Shown piece after piece: positions 10,035 to 19,766 of a DNA stretch of 64,000 nucleotides. The notes beneath the pieces were generated by a model, which saw only the letters and a program-made list of their open reading frames with translations, was not told the origin of the DNA and made no database searches. How positions within the stretch are numbered: the first letter of the stretch is position 1; every line of letters begins with the position of its first letter. The stretch lies in the NCBI GenBank assembly GCA_041595335.1, contig JBFHKM010000001.1, positions 88-64,087 on the forward strand, read 5' to 3'. Origin of the DNA: Sphaerochaetaceae bacterium. Lineage in GTDB: Bacteria; Spirochaetota; Spirochaetia; Sphaerochaetales; Sphaerochaetaceae. The position numbers and the translations under genes were made by a program.

Positions 10035-11122
10035 AAATAATAACTGATTTTTAAATCAAGCGTTTTTTTGCACTCATAATTTATTTTTAGAGCTGTTTTG
10101 TCATTCAAAAATTTCAATTCTAGTGCAGAATAGAATCCAGAATACTTGTAGCCAATTTTTAAATTCTCTATCTTAATTTCAATTATTGGTTTTTCTTTAA
10201 GCATTCCAAATTTTACATTTAGGTTGTATCTGTCATCTTTAATAAAATAAACAGTTGCATATAATGATTGTGTTCTCTTTCTTTCTAAATTCTCATTGAA
10301 AGTTATTTTTTCATCGATTTTTACTCGCATATCTTTGATTTCATAACCAAAGAACAGTTCTTTGTTTATCTTTTTATATATTGTTGAGTTTGATTGATAT
10401 TCTCTTCTCGAGGCTCTTCCCGAAAAAACACTCTGCGGATAGATAAAGTCTTTTATTTTTATGGAAGATCCATACAATTTCAATTCAAGTCCAGCTTGAT
10501 ATCTGTAACTCAAATTTTGCATCTCAAAGAATACATCAAAATGTTTGGAGCCAAGCGTCAATGAATTGCTGTAGAAATATCCATAAGCTGTATCAGCTGC
10601 TTCACTGCGAATCTTTATGTCGTCTGTGTCATACTGAACTACATAAATCAAGCCCTTGTGAGTATCTTTAAGATTTTCGATTGAATTGAAATATGACTTA
10701 ATGTAAACGGGCTTTTTTGTCATGTGATTTTCAAAACTCATTACATCAACTTTTAGGGCCTCACTCACATATCTCACACCATCAACTGTTACCTCATTAT
10801 CGCTTTGACCAATAATGGTGGAATACAGCTCAAAATTATTATAAATATAAGAGACATATACATCAGTAGACATGCCAGATTTAAGATATTTTGTATTCAC
10901 CAACTTTCCTTTTTTAAATAAAAATTTATCTATTTCGATATCAAGAGAAGATAGATAAAGTTTTTCATCAAATAGAGTTAGCTTTAATTTATTGTCAGAA
11001 TCACAAAATTCTATGGATTTATTTTTCGAGTAATAATTTTCATTTATTGTTATCGATTTTGCCGTAATTGTGAATGGACAAATAAAAAAAAGCAAATATC
11101 CCAATATTTTTTGTATATTCAT
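10031..11122 (-). CDS. Hypothetical secreted protein, possible outer-membrane beta-barrel
   Basis: N-terminal signal peptide. Tyr/Phe-rich alternating pattern. C-terminal '...KISYYF' aromatic terminus. Very AT-rich. Confidence 0.55.
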   Translation of the reverse strand: MNIQKILGYLLFFICPFTITAKSITINENYYSKNKSIEFCDSDNKLKLTLFDEKLYLSSLDIEIDKFLFKKGKLVNTKYLKSGMSTDVYVSYIYNNFELYSTIIGQSDNEVTVDGVRYVSEALKVDVMSFENHMTKKPVYIKSYFNSIENLKDTHKGLIYVVQYDTDDIKIRSEAADTAYGYFYSNSLTLGSKHFDVFFEMQNLSYRYQAGLELKLYGSSIKIKDFIYPQSVFSGRASRREYQSNSTIYKKINKELFFGYEIKDMRVKIDEKITFNENLERKRTQSLYATVYFIKDDRYNLNVKFGMLKEKPIIEIKIENLKIGYKYSGFYSALELKFLNDKTALKINYECKKTLDLKISYYF

Positions 11123-11270
11123 ATTAACTTAGCTAAAAAATAGTTATTTTTGCTTGAAATAATACTCTTAATCATTGTAGTATAGACAAGTTGCTTTAGG
11201 GCATATTTTTTTATTTTTCAAATTTTTTAATATAAAAACAAATACAAATTTTTAAGGAGCACATAATATT

Positions 11271-12611
11271 ATGGTGATTCTAACCCTCAACTGCGGAAGT
11301 TCTTCCGCTAAATACCAGGTATATGACTGGACTAACAAAGACGTACTAGCTGTAGGCGTTGTTGAACGTATTGGACTTGAATACTCAACAATCGAACACA
11401 AAGCTACTGGTAAAGAGGAATATACTGCTAAATTCTCTTCCCCTACTCACAAAGAAGCTATCGAACTAATTATTAAAATGCTAGTCGATAAACAATATGG
11501 CGTTATTGAAGATTTATCTCAAATCGGCGCTGTAGGACACAGAGTTTTACATGGTGGTGAGATTTTCGTTAAATCTGCTTTAGTAGATGAAGAAGTTATC
11601 AAAGAATTAAAAGAACTCATACCTTTAGGTCCATTACACATGCCAGCAAATATCATGGGTATTGAAGCAGCACGTAAAGTAATGCCAAACGTTCCTCATG
11701 CAATTGTTATGGATACAGCTTGGCACCAGACAATGCCAGAAGAAGCATTCATGTATGCAGTACCTTATTCTTGGTATACAGACTTCAACGTACGTCGTTA
11801 TGGCTTCCACGGAACAAGTCACCTATATTGTGCTAAAAGAGCAGCTGTTCTTCTTGGAAAAGAAAACAAAGATACAAATGTAATTATCTGCCACATTGGT
11901 AATGGTGCATCTGTATGTGCTGTAAAAAATGGTGTATGTATTGATACTTCAATGGGCTTGACTCCTTTAGAAGGTCTAGTAATGGGTTCAAGATCAGGTG
12001 ATTTAGATCCTGCTATTCTTCCTTTTGTTATGAACAAAACTGGTATGACTCCATCAGAAATGGATACAGCTTTGAACAAAAAATCAGGATTGATTGGTAT
12101 CTGCGGAAAGAGCGACAGACGTGATGTTCAGGCTGCAGCAGCTGAAGGTGATAAAAAAGCTCAACTAGCAATCCAAATGGAATGCCACAGAATTAGAAAA
12201 TATATCGGTGCTTATGCAGCTCTTCTAGGTAGAGTTGATGCAGTTGTATTCACAGCTGGTGTTGGCGAGATGGGTGAACATATCAGAAGAGGTTCTATGG
12301 TTGGACTTGAAAACCTAGGCATAAAACTTGATGTTGAAAAGAATGATAAATGTCACTGTAGAAATGGTGAATTTGATATCAGTGCTGATGATTCTCCTTC
12401 AAGAATTTTTGTTATTCCTACTGATGAAGAATTAGTTATTACAGAAGATGCTTATGCTCTTATGGAAGGTACATATGATATTCATACTAATTTCCATTAT
12501 AGCTTTGAAGATGCTTCTTATGTTAATAAAGCAAGAGCAAGAGGTTTGGTTGAGAATCTTAAAAAGCAACCTTTCCTCAAGACAATTCTTGTAACACCTC
12601 CAACAAAATAA
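11271..12611 (+). CDS. ackA: Acetate kinase (with ~48-aa C-terminal extension)
   Basis: '[13 protein letters not shown]' N-terminus, 'HRVLHGG', 'FHGTSH', 'IPTDEELVI'. AAGGAG SD. Confidence 0.95.
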   Translation: MVILTLNCGSSSAKYQVYDWTNKDVLAVGVVERIGLEYSTIEHKATGKEEYTAKFSSPTHKEAIELIIKMLVDKQYGVIEDLSQIGAVGHRVLHGGEIFVKSALVDEEVIKELKELIPLGPLHMPANIMGIEAARKVMPNVPHAIVMDTAWHQTMPEEAFMYAVPYSWYTDFNVRRYGFHGTSHLYCAKRAAVLLGKENKDTNVIICHIGNGASVCAVKNGVCIDTSMGLTPLEGLVMGSRSGDLDPAILPFVMNKTGMTPSEMDTALNKKSGLIGICGKSDRRDVQAAAAEGDKKAQLAIQMECHRIRKYIGAYAALLGRVDAVVFTAGVGEMGEHIRRGSMVGLENLGIKLDVEKNDKCHCRNGEFDISADDSPSRIFVIPTDEELVITEDAYALMEGTYDIHTNFHYSFEDASYVNKARARGLVENLKKQPFLKTILVTPPTK

Positions 12612-12637
12612 TAACTAATTTATTTAGTTGACATATA

Positions 12638-12667
12638 ATGGGACAAAATTTTTGTCCCATTTTTTTG
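12638..12667. terminator. Bidirectional terminator between ackA and the convergent ORF
   Basis: Perfect palindrome ATGGGACAAAA/TTTTGTCCCAT followed by T7. Confidence 0.75.
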
Positions 12668-12671
12668 TGTC

Positions 12672-13253
12672 TCATAATTTGTTCAATTCTTCAAATTCAT
12701 TGAAAATATCATCAATCTTTTCAAATTTCTTTGATTCCTCCCCACTTTGTCCTGTGAATTCTCGAGCAGCCTGCTCCAACTCAAGAGCCCTCTCAAAATC
12801 AATTTTCTTACCAAGCTTGACGTTCTCAAATAGATTCTCACCTTCATCTAAGAGTTCTTCCATCTGAGTTAGCCTACTCTCTCCCTCAATCAATATTTTA
12901 TTTTTCATACTTTTTGATAGAGAGTTTTTTTTACACGCTTCAAAATTATTGCAATAAAATACTGCAAGCTCTTTACCTCTTTTTGTTCCTGCCCTGTTCA
13001 GCAGACTTATCATTGATTGATTTATGATTGTGACATTATCTTTAAATATCAAAGCCACTTTAGCTGCCAATTGGCTCTCGCTTATATATATTATATTTTT
13101 ATTTTCAATTCGATTGAGAAGTCTATTTATCCCAGAATCCAAAGTAGCAGAACCTGTATAGCTTTTGTACATACCACTTGATAGATCCAATATACAGGCA
13201 TTGTATCTTTCATTAAAAACATCAATTCCAATTATTTTATTATCATCACTCAT
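12672..13253 (-). CDS. Hypothetical protein. N-terminus has an 'IGIDV' RNase-H-like/DEDD-like pattern, C-terminus is acidic coiled coil
   Basis: 193-aa ORF bounded by a terminator and the yqeB divergent promoter region. No family confidently recognised. Confidence 0.5.
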   Translation of the reverse strand: MSDDNKIIGIDVFNERYNACILDLSSGMYKSYTGSATLDSGINRLLNRIENKNIIYISESQLAAKVALIFKDNVTIINQSMISLLNRAGTKRGKELAVFYCNNFEACKKNSLSKSMKNKILIEGESRLTQMEELLDEGENLFENVKLGKKIDFERALELEQAAREFTGQSGEESKKFEKIDDIFNEFEELNKL

Positions 13254-13312
13254 GTATTCATTATATATCCATATGTTTGGTAAAAATAGTTGTTTTCAAA
13301 TGCACTTTTTGA

Positions 13313-14911
13313 ATGTATAATGGGCCTATGAATAATTTATCAAATTCCCCTTACAGTGAAGCTTCAATCTTAGAAGCCAAAGGTATCCCATTTGCATGGG
13401 TCACCCTTGTTAACACTGAAGGCACAGTAACTAGAACCAGTGGAAGAATGCTGGTCAAAAAAGATGGTACTTCATGCGGCACAATAGGCGGCGGAGCAAT
13501 AGAACATAAAACAGTTTTGAAAGCAATTGAATGTTTAAAAGAAGGTAAAGGCGGGCTATTTAAAATAGGTTCTGCAATTGACAATCCAAAATCATCTTAC
13601 CTGGAAGTTGCAATTGATATTGGTGAGATAAACAATCGATTGATAATCATTGGCGGTGGTCACGTTGGTCAACAGACAGCAAAACTCGCAAGTTTCCTTG
13701 GTTTTGAGGTATGTATTGTTGATAAAAGAGAAGAATTCTGCAAAAAAGAAATGTTCAAAATGGCATCTTCTGTTATCTTAACTGACGATATTGCCAAAAC
13801 TCTAGAGAGTTTGGCTCTAACAGAGCGTGATGCAATTCTGGCTTTAAATCACAGTCTTGTTCATAAAAAAGATTACGAAGTGGCTCTAAATTCTGATGCA
13901 TATTATGTTGGAGTGATGGCAAGTCACAAGCACACAATCAACTTTTTGGGTAATGTTGATTTCACAGCTGAACAGAACAAAAAACTGCATTGCCCAATTG
14001 GCCTTGATTTAGGAGGACAAACTCCAAACCAAGTTGCATTGGCAGTAATGAGTGAGGTAATGATCAACACTCATAACAAATACGCAACAGATAGAACCAG
14101 AAAATACAGACCAGTTATTGTTAGAGGCGGAGGAGATCTTGCAACAGCTGTAATTCTCAAATTACATAACAGCGGTTATAAAGTAATTTCATTAGAAATT
14201 GAAAAACCAACTGTAATTCGACGTACCGTTTCATTTGCTCAGGCTATGTATGATGGTTCAATTGAAGTTGAGGGTGTCACTGCAACAAAATGTGATAAGA
14301 ATGACTTAAATGGAATTTTAGATGTGCTCGATAACAATCAAGTTGCAATTGTCAGTGACAGCAATGGTGATTTGATTAAAAGACTTCATCCAATTGTTGT
14401 TGTGGATGGTATTCTTGCTAAGAAGAATATCTGCACAAAGATTGATGATGCTCCACTTGTCATAGCTCTTGGCCCTGGTTTTACAGCTAAAGAGGACTGT
14501 GATGTTGTGGTTGAAACAAAACGAGGACACTACTTGGGTAGAGTTATCTATGATGGAAGAGCAATTGAAAATACCGGAATACCTGGTTTAATTTCAGGAA
14601 TGGGCAAAGAGAGAGTAATTCACTCTCCTGCGGAAGGTATTTGGCATTCAGATTTAAAGATTGGACAGCTTGTTAAAAAAGGTGACATAATTGCAACTGT
14701 TGGAGATGTCAAAGTTCCAGCAACAATTGATGGCAAACTCAGAGGCCTTCTCCAAAATGATTTACATGTACCTGAAGGATTCAAGGTAGCTGATATCGAC
14801 CCTCGTGGTGCAGATACAGACCATCTAACAGTAACTGATAAAGGACGTTGTATTGCAGGCGGGGTTTTGGAAGCCGTTTTGAGATTTGAAAGGAATTTGA
14901 GTGATACTTAA
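13313..14911 (+). CDS. yqeB: YqeB-family selenium-dependent molybdenum hydroxylase accessory protein (XdhC-like N-half plus YqeB C-domain)
   Basis: 532 aa. XdhC_CoxI-like 'GTVTRTSGRMLVKKDGTSCGTIGGGAIE', Rossmann 'LIIIGGGHVGQ', long C-terminal domain. Length close to E. coli YqeB. Confidence 0.75.
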   Translation: MYNGPMNNLSNSPYSEASILEAKGIPFAWVTLVNTEGTVTRTSGRMLVKKDGTSCGTIGGGAIEHKTVLKAIECLKEGKGGLFKIGSAIDNPKSSYLEVAIDIGEINNRLIIIGGGHVGQQTAKLASFLGFEVCIVDKREEFCKKEMFKMASSVILTDDIAKTLESLALTERDAILALNHSLVHKKDYEVALNSDAYYVGVMASHKHTINFLGNVDFTAEQNKKLHCPIGLDLGGQTPNQVALAVMSEVMINTHNKYATDRTRKYRPVIVRGGGDLATAVILKLHNSGYKVISLEIEKPTVIRRTVSFAQAMYDGSIEVEGVTATKCDKNDLNGILDVLDNNQVAIVSDSNGDLIKRLHPIVVVDGILAKKNICTKIDDAPLVIALGPGFTAKEDCDVVVETKRGHYLGRVIYDGRAIENTGIPGLISGMGKERVIHSPAEGIWHSDLKIGQLVKKGDIIATVGDVKVPATIDGKLRGLLQNDLHVPEGFKVADIDPRGADTDHLTVTDKGRCIAGGVLEAVLRFERNLSDT

Positions 14912-14946
14912 TTTACATTGCAGTATTTGTTAAGATAATGCATATA

Positions 14947-14982
14947 ACTGATATTGGTTTAACAGCCAGTATCAGTTTTTTT
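14947..14982 (+). terminator. Rho-independent terminator of yqeB
   Basis: ACTGATATTGG-N8-CCAGTATCAGT (one G.U pair) followed by T6. Confidence 0.7.
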
Positions 14983-15031
14983 ATCATCCAAAATAAGAAA
15001 GAGCCCATGGCCAACAACATAAATCAATAAG

Positions 15032-16966
15032 TTAACCCATCAGATTCAGTAGATGCTTTATTGGCTTCAGTGGAGTTCTGGACTTAGGAATAAAGATATT
15101 CAAAGAATTCATTGATCGGGTCAAAGCAACATATATTATATTTTTCATTATCTCATTTTGAGTCTCCTTATCATACCTGCTGGTTATAAAGATTTTATTG
15201 GACAGAAACAGATAGACATATGCAAAACATGTGCCCTTACATAAATAAACAGTCGAAATCTTAATTTTAGATTCAGAAAAATCAATGGATTCATTCTTCA
15301 TCTCAACTGAAGGATATTCACATCTCTCTATAATTTTACTGACTACATATTGAGATGGGCAGATTATGAAGATGTCTTTCAAATCCAATTCAAACTCTTC
15401 AATGTCAACTTTGAGCTTTTTCAATAGAAGTGTGATTGTGTCCTCAACACTGAAATTTTGAAATAAATGTGGTCTCATGCCTGTTAGAGCATCATCAAAT
15501 ACAATTTTCTTTGGTAAGAGCTTTTCATCAAAACTTTTTAGATATGAATCAGCCAGTGCTTTTAACTTATCTGGATTTCTCAGATTCTCATTCATGTGCA
15601 GTATCTTGCAGTCAATGTTCAATCTATAAATGGAGGTTTCCTTCAGATATATGCATTGATTTGGATCAGATGCCATTATGAAGGCTTTCTTGGCACTTTT
15701 ACTGAGAAAAGATAGCATTGCAAAACTCAGATCTTGAGCTTCATCAATCAATATATAATCCACAATTCCATCAATATCATTATCACAAAGATATTCCAGA
15801 CTTTTTAACGATGCGTAATTTATAGATGCAGTTCTGTTCTTGTCCATCAAAAATCGATATATCATGCTGATTTCATAAATCACACTATCTCCATACTGCT
15901 CAATGCAATCATCTTTATCCAAACAGTTTGCAAATATATTAGATTCAATCTGGTTTGAAATATATTCAATATCGAGAGATGTCCTCTCATTGTTTTCGTT
16001 GTAGATGTTAACAGCTCTATTCAATAAATTTAGAAGTCTTTCATTGAAGCTTCTGTCCTTCATGTTATTGATCTCTACAGTGATCTCAGGGAATATTGAA
16101 TAGAAATAATGCAGCATGAATTTATTGACTGTTCTGAGGTTCTTGATGCAGTGAGAGCTCATCTTATCATCAAGAAGACCACTGCGATAGAATCGTATAA
16201 GGCTGTTGTTATATGTCAAAAAAAAAGAAGATTCACTGGCTCTTTCCTTCGACATCTTCTGATAAAGTGATAAAAGAGTTATAGATTTGCCAGATCCTGC
16301 CTCTCCTTCAATCAGATAGCAACCAGATAGATCATCATATATTCTATCAACTATTTGCTTTTGATTGTCTGTCAACTGCCAATATCTTCTCTCATACTCT
16401 TCATGGGTTATATCATAGCTGAGAGATCTATTTTTAAAGATCGGTCCATCAATTTTTTCTTTACATTCTTTTATTCCAGTCTCAATTTCTGATATATGTT
16501 CTTTGATCAAATTGATGTGATTTAACTTTTCTACTCTCTCAATTTTGACATAATAAATTCTATCGATTGGATTGAATATCTTATGAAGGTCATAAAACTC
16601 ATCATACATAAGATTGGCAAAAGCGTAATTGGAAATGATGAAGCATAGCTCATACAGGACTTTAAGAATTTCATTTTTTTCATAGTAGTTTGTCCATTTT
16701 AAAAAATTCTCTGAAGTGAAATCTTCTTCAATCTGCTGTATTTTATTTAAGGTACTTATTGCTCTTGAATTGACAGTATCATCTGGAATCTTGATTTTTG
16801 ATTTTGATTTTTGAATGATGTAATCAAATTCATATTTGCTACCATCAATTTGTGCAAAATCCAACACCATTGTTCTCATATCATCAAAAGCGGCTAAGTT
16901 AAAATAGCACACATCAATATCAAACAATTTCTTCAGTTTCTGTACCTCTTGCTTGTTCAAAATCAT
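15032..16966 (-). CDS. SF1 (UvrD/Rep-like) helicase-family ATPase with unassigned ~200-aa N-terminal domain
   Basis: Walker A 'GEAGSGKS', motif II 'LIDEAQDL', 'ASDPNQCIY', 'NLRNP', 'CKGTCFAYVYL', motif VI 'YVALTRS'. Strong AGGAGG SD. Confidence 0.8.
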   Translation of the reverse strand: MILNKQEVQKLKKLFDIDVCYFNLAAFDDMRTMVLDFAQIDGSKYEFDYIIQKSKSKIKIPDDTVNSRAISTLNKIQQIEEDFTSENFLKWTNYYEKNEILKVLYELCFIISNYAFANLMYDEFYDLHKIFNPIDRIYYVKIERVEKLNHINLIKEHISEIETGIKECKEKIDGPIFKNRSLSYDITHEEYERRYWQLTDNQKQIVDRIYDDLSGCYLIEGEAGSGKSITLLSLYQKMSKERASESSFFLTYNNSLIRFYRSGLLDDKMSSHCIKNLRTVNKFMLHYFYSIFPEITVEINNMKDRSFNERLLNLLNRAVNIYNENNERTSLDIEYISNQIESNIFANCLDKDDCIEQYGDSVIYEISMIYRFLMDKNRTASINYASLKSLEYLCDNDIDGIVDYILIDEAQDLSFAMLSFLSKSAKKAFIMASDPNQCIYLKETSIYRLNIDCKILHMNENLRNPDKLKALADSYLKSFDEKLLPKKIVFDDALTGMRPHLFQNFSVEDTITLLLKKLKVDIEEFELDLKDIFIICPSQYVVSKIIERCEYPSVEMKNESIDFSESKIKISTVYLCKGTCFAYVYLFLSNKIFITSRYDKETQNEIMKNIIYVALTRSMNSLNIFIPKSRTPLKPIKHLLNLMG

Positions 16967-17114
16967 ACAACCTCCTATAAATATTTATTCAAACTTGCAT
17001 CTTTTGCATCAGTATATTTAATTTTTGTGCAGCTTAAATTCTCACTGAATTGATGCACTGCAAAGTAATAAATACATAATTGGAATTTGTTTTGATTTTA
17101 AAATCAGAAAACAT

Positions 17115-17156
17115 GAAAAAGAACCGCCATCAGTCGATTGAGACTTTCAAGCGGTT
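17115..17156 (-). terminator. Rho-independent terminator of the yedE-selD operon
   Basis: Minus strand GAACCGC-N23-GCGGTTC followed by T5, 25 nt after the selD stop. Confidence 0.65.
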
Positions 17157-17181
17157 CATTTATTTTAAAATTGTATTATTG

Positions 17182-18213
17182 TTATTTAGTAACAACGATT
17201 GGACTATCGCCCCTAGATTCAACATGCCCAACGACAAAAGCATCACCTTTCATTCGAGCAAGATATGTTTCTGCATCATCCTTACTTAGAGCAAATAACA
17301 AGCCACCGCTTGTTTGAGGGTCAAATAATAGATCCTGTCTTGCCAGAACAATGCCATCTTCAAATTTAACTTTGTCCTGTATGTAGTCTCTATTATGGTA
17401 CAATCCACTAGGAATCAAACCCAATCTAGCTAATTCTTCAACGCCGTCAAAGAATTGAACTTTACCAGATTCTACAACCATAGTGATGTCTCCATTACCA
17501 CTCATCTCATAAAGGTGTCCTAGAAGTGAGAAACCAGTTACATCAGTTGCTGCATGAACATCCAAATCTTTCGCATTCTCATATGCATCACTATTTAATT
17601 TTTGCATGCTCTTTGTAGCTTGTTCTTCTGTAATCTTATCACACATCTCACCTTTCAATGCTGTCATTGCCACACCGGTTCCTATCTTTTTAGTAAGAAT
17701 CAATATGTCACCTTCTTTCGCACCGCGGTTTGACCAAATTTTATCTTTTTCGCCAAAACCAATAACACACAAACCATATTTTGGAGTTGCATCACTTATG
17801 GTATGGCCACCTGCAATTACAGCATTAGCCTGTCCAACCTTGTCTTGTCCACCTAAGAGGATCTCTCTCATTACAGATGTATCAAGGCATGATGGGAAGC
17901 ACATCAGATTCAAAGCTACAGCGGGTCTACATCCCATTGCAAAAGCATCTGATAGCGCATTAGCTGCAGCTACAGTTCCAAATGTATAAGGATCATCTAC
18001 CATAGGTGGAAAGAAATCAACAGTTGCAACCATCACTCTATTATCACCTAGATCATAGACCAAAGCATCTTCATTGCCTTCAAAACCACTAATCAATTTA
18101 TCACTCTTCATCAATGGAAGAGAAGACAATACTTCATCTAAAGTACCAGGTGGAAGTTTAGCGGCACAACCACTGGTCTTTACCATACTTGTTAATTTTA
18201 CTTTATCACTCAT
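17182..18213 (-). CDS. selD: Selenide, water dikinase (selenophosphate synthetase), Cys form
   Basis: 343 aa. N-terminal 'TSGCAAKL' (catalytic Cys/Lys loop, Cys codon not TGA), PurM-like 'DALVYDLG', 'AGGHT'. Confidence 0.93.
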   Translation of the reverse strand: MSDKVKLTSMVKTSGCAAKLPPGTLDEVLSSLPLMKSDKLISGFEGNEDALVYDLGDNRVMVATVDFFPPMVDDPYTFGTVAAANALSDAFAMGCRPAVALNLMCFPSCLDTSVMREILLGGQDKVGQANAVIAGGHTISDATPKYGLCVIGFGEKDKIWSNRGAKEGDILILTKKIGTGVAMTALKGEMCDKITEEQATKSMQKLNSDAYENAKDLDVHAATDVTGFSLLGHLYEMSGNGDITMVVESGKVQFFDGVEELARLGLIPSGLYHNRDYIQDKVKFEDGIVLARQDLLFDPQTSGGLLFALSKDDAETYLARMKGDAFVVGHVESRGDSPIVVTK

Positions 18214-18440
18214 TATATTTGATCCTCAATATATTTCTCATCTTTAATTATATACAAACTTTCCATATTTATTCCTCTTAAATCATCTTTACTGACAGAA
18301 TATGCTCTTGCACATGTCCCACATGAAGAAGATAGAGCTCTTGGCACCGGAGCAAGTTTTATCTTGATATTTTTCGAAGTCAATGATTTTCTAGCTATAA
18401 CAGCATCCAGTTGTGTATGAAAAGTAAGTAAATAATCCAT
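18213..18440 (-). CDS. DUF3343-like small protein (putative Se/S carrier)
   Basis: 75 aa. 'SSSCGTCARAY' Cys pair. Its stop overlaps the selD start by 1 nt, and its start abuts the TusA-like stop. Confidence 0.6.
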   Translation of the reverse strand: MDYLLTFHTQLDAVIARKSLTSKNIKIKLAPVPRALSSSCGTCARAYSVSKDDLRGINMESLYIIKDEKYIEDQI

Positions 18441-18647
18441 TTATCTTTTCCTTAAATTTAAAATATATTCATCTCCATTAGGAGTTTTTGTTACGTCATA
18501 TTTCATTGCATTGGCATAACGAGTTACATTTTCAAGTGCAGCTATGTTATCTACCAATACATCCAATTGCTCTGGCTCATTTTTTAAAGCCTTTTTTGTT
18601 AGAATTACAGGTTGTGGACATACAAGTCCTCTTGCATCAACTTCCAT
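18441..18647 (-). CDS. TusA/SirA-family sulfur (selenium) carrier, YedF-like
   Basis: 68 aa. 'DARGLVCPQPVILTKKAL' contains the TusA CPxP active-site motif. Confidence 0.8.
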   Translation of the reverse strand: MEVDARGLVCPQPVILTKKALKNEPEQLDVLVDNIAALENVTRYANAMKYDVTKTPNGDEYILNLRKR

Positions 18648-19681
18648 TACATTACCTCTTTATTTTGTTTCTTTACAATTACAAATGCTATCATAGATAC
18701 AATAACAAGACCAACAATAACTTCAATTTTTCCACCAGTCTTGACCAATGTTGGGCTTGATGCAGTACTGAAGTTGTGAGAAACAGCAGCACCAGCAACC
18801 ATTCCAAGAACAGTAATAGCACTATCTCCGTTGCCCTCACCTGTTAGAATTAACTGTCTTAAAGGACAACCACCAAGCAATGCACCACACAAACCAACTA
18901 GAGCCATTGATAAGATATACCAAATTGCTGATGTCAATGTGAATGAAAAATGGAAATTACCTAAAATGATGTTACCAATCAATACAGTTACAAAAAGTGT
19001 CAAAGAACCTAGGAACAGACGATTATCTCTGAACAAAATGAAATCTCTGATACCACCTACCATACAGAATCTAGATCTTTGTGCCAATCCACCAACAATC
19101 AGTGCAAGACCAAGACTTAAGAAGAATGGTGCATGAGCTTCTTCGCTAGGAACTCCAATTAACTTGAAGAATCCCAATACCAACAATAAGATACATACGA
19201 TAGGGAAGATTATACCATCGATGCTTTTTTGTTTGTAAGATCTACCTAGTGTGAAACCTTGATTTAAGAAGTAAGAACCAAGTGATATACCTCCAGCAAA
19301 GCCAATCAATGCAAATATTGCCTTACCATCACCACCACCAAGTCTCAATACCATTCTTAAAGGACAACCTAAGAATACCAATGCTCCAGCCATCATGAAA
19401 AATCCCAATACGAATCTCATTACAGGAGCAGAACCGCTTGTTGCTCTAAATTCTTTATTAAGAAGAGCCAGTAAGGTTGAACCAAGAATCAAACCAAATA
19501 TCTCAGGTCTTGCATATTGCAATTTAGGTGCAGTATGAAGATACAGACTTCCTGTGATATCACGAATAAAACAAGCAATACAAAATCCCATATTCGCAGG
19601 ATTGCCGAACGCCACCAAAATTAAAGCAGCCAAGCCAATTACGAAACCCGTAATAATGACCAATTTTTTTTCCTTTAACAT
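18647..19681 (-). CDS. yedE: YedE-family putative selenium/sulfur-compound transporter
   Basis: 344 aa, polytopic membrane protein. Repeated 'GGCPLR'/'LGCPLRM' motifs typical of YeeE/YedE. GAGAGG SD. Confidence 0.8.
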   Translation of the reverse strand: MLKEKKLVIITGFVIGLAALILVAFGNPANMGFCIACFIRDITGSLYLHTAPKLQYARPEIFGLILGSTLLALLNKEFRATSGSAPVMRFVLGFFMMAGALVFLGCPLRMVLRLGGGDGKAIFALIGFAGGISLGSYFLNQGFTLGRSYKQKSIDGIIFPIVCILLLVLGFFKLIGVPSEEAHAPFFLSLGLALIVGGLAQRSRFCMVGGIRDFILFRDNRLFLGSLTLFVTVLIGNIILGNFHFSFTLTSAIWYILSMALVGLCGALLGGCPLRQLILTGEGNGDSAITVLGMVAGAAVSHNFSTASSPTLVKTGGKIEVIVGLVIVSMIAFVIVKKQNKEVM

Positions 19682-19766
19682 AAAAAACCTCTCAGTTAAA
19701 CGATTCTACCATCATTTTTTGAAAAACACAATGGATTTTTTTTATTTTTTATGCTATACTGTTTTC

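Noticed and set aside
17080-17289. 69-aa plus-strand ORF between the helicase and selD.
   Set aside because: It overlaps the selD 3' end and the operon terminator, and has no SD.
17182-18647. Selenocysteine (TGA) recoding in the selenium locus genes.
   Set aside because: SelD has a TGT/TGC-type Cys at the active-site loop. The TusA-like/DUF3343 junction is TAA followed by ATG. I found no pair of same-frame ORFs split by a TGA in the locus.
19554-19766. Upstream extension of the NifS-like ORF to 19554.
   Set aside because: It overlaps the yedE 5' coding region on the other strand, and its translation is hydrophobic nonsense. The family-typical N-terminus '[11 protein letters not shown]' begins at 19767.
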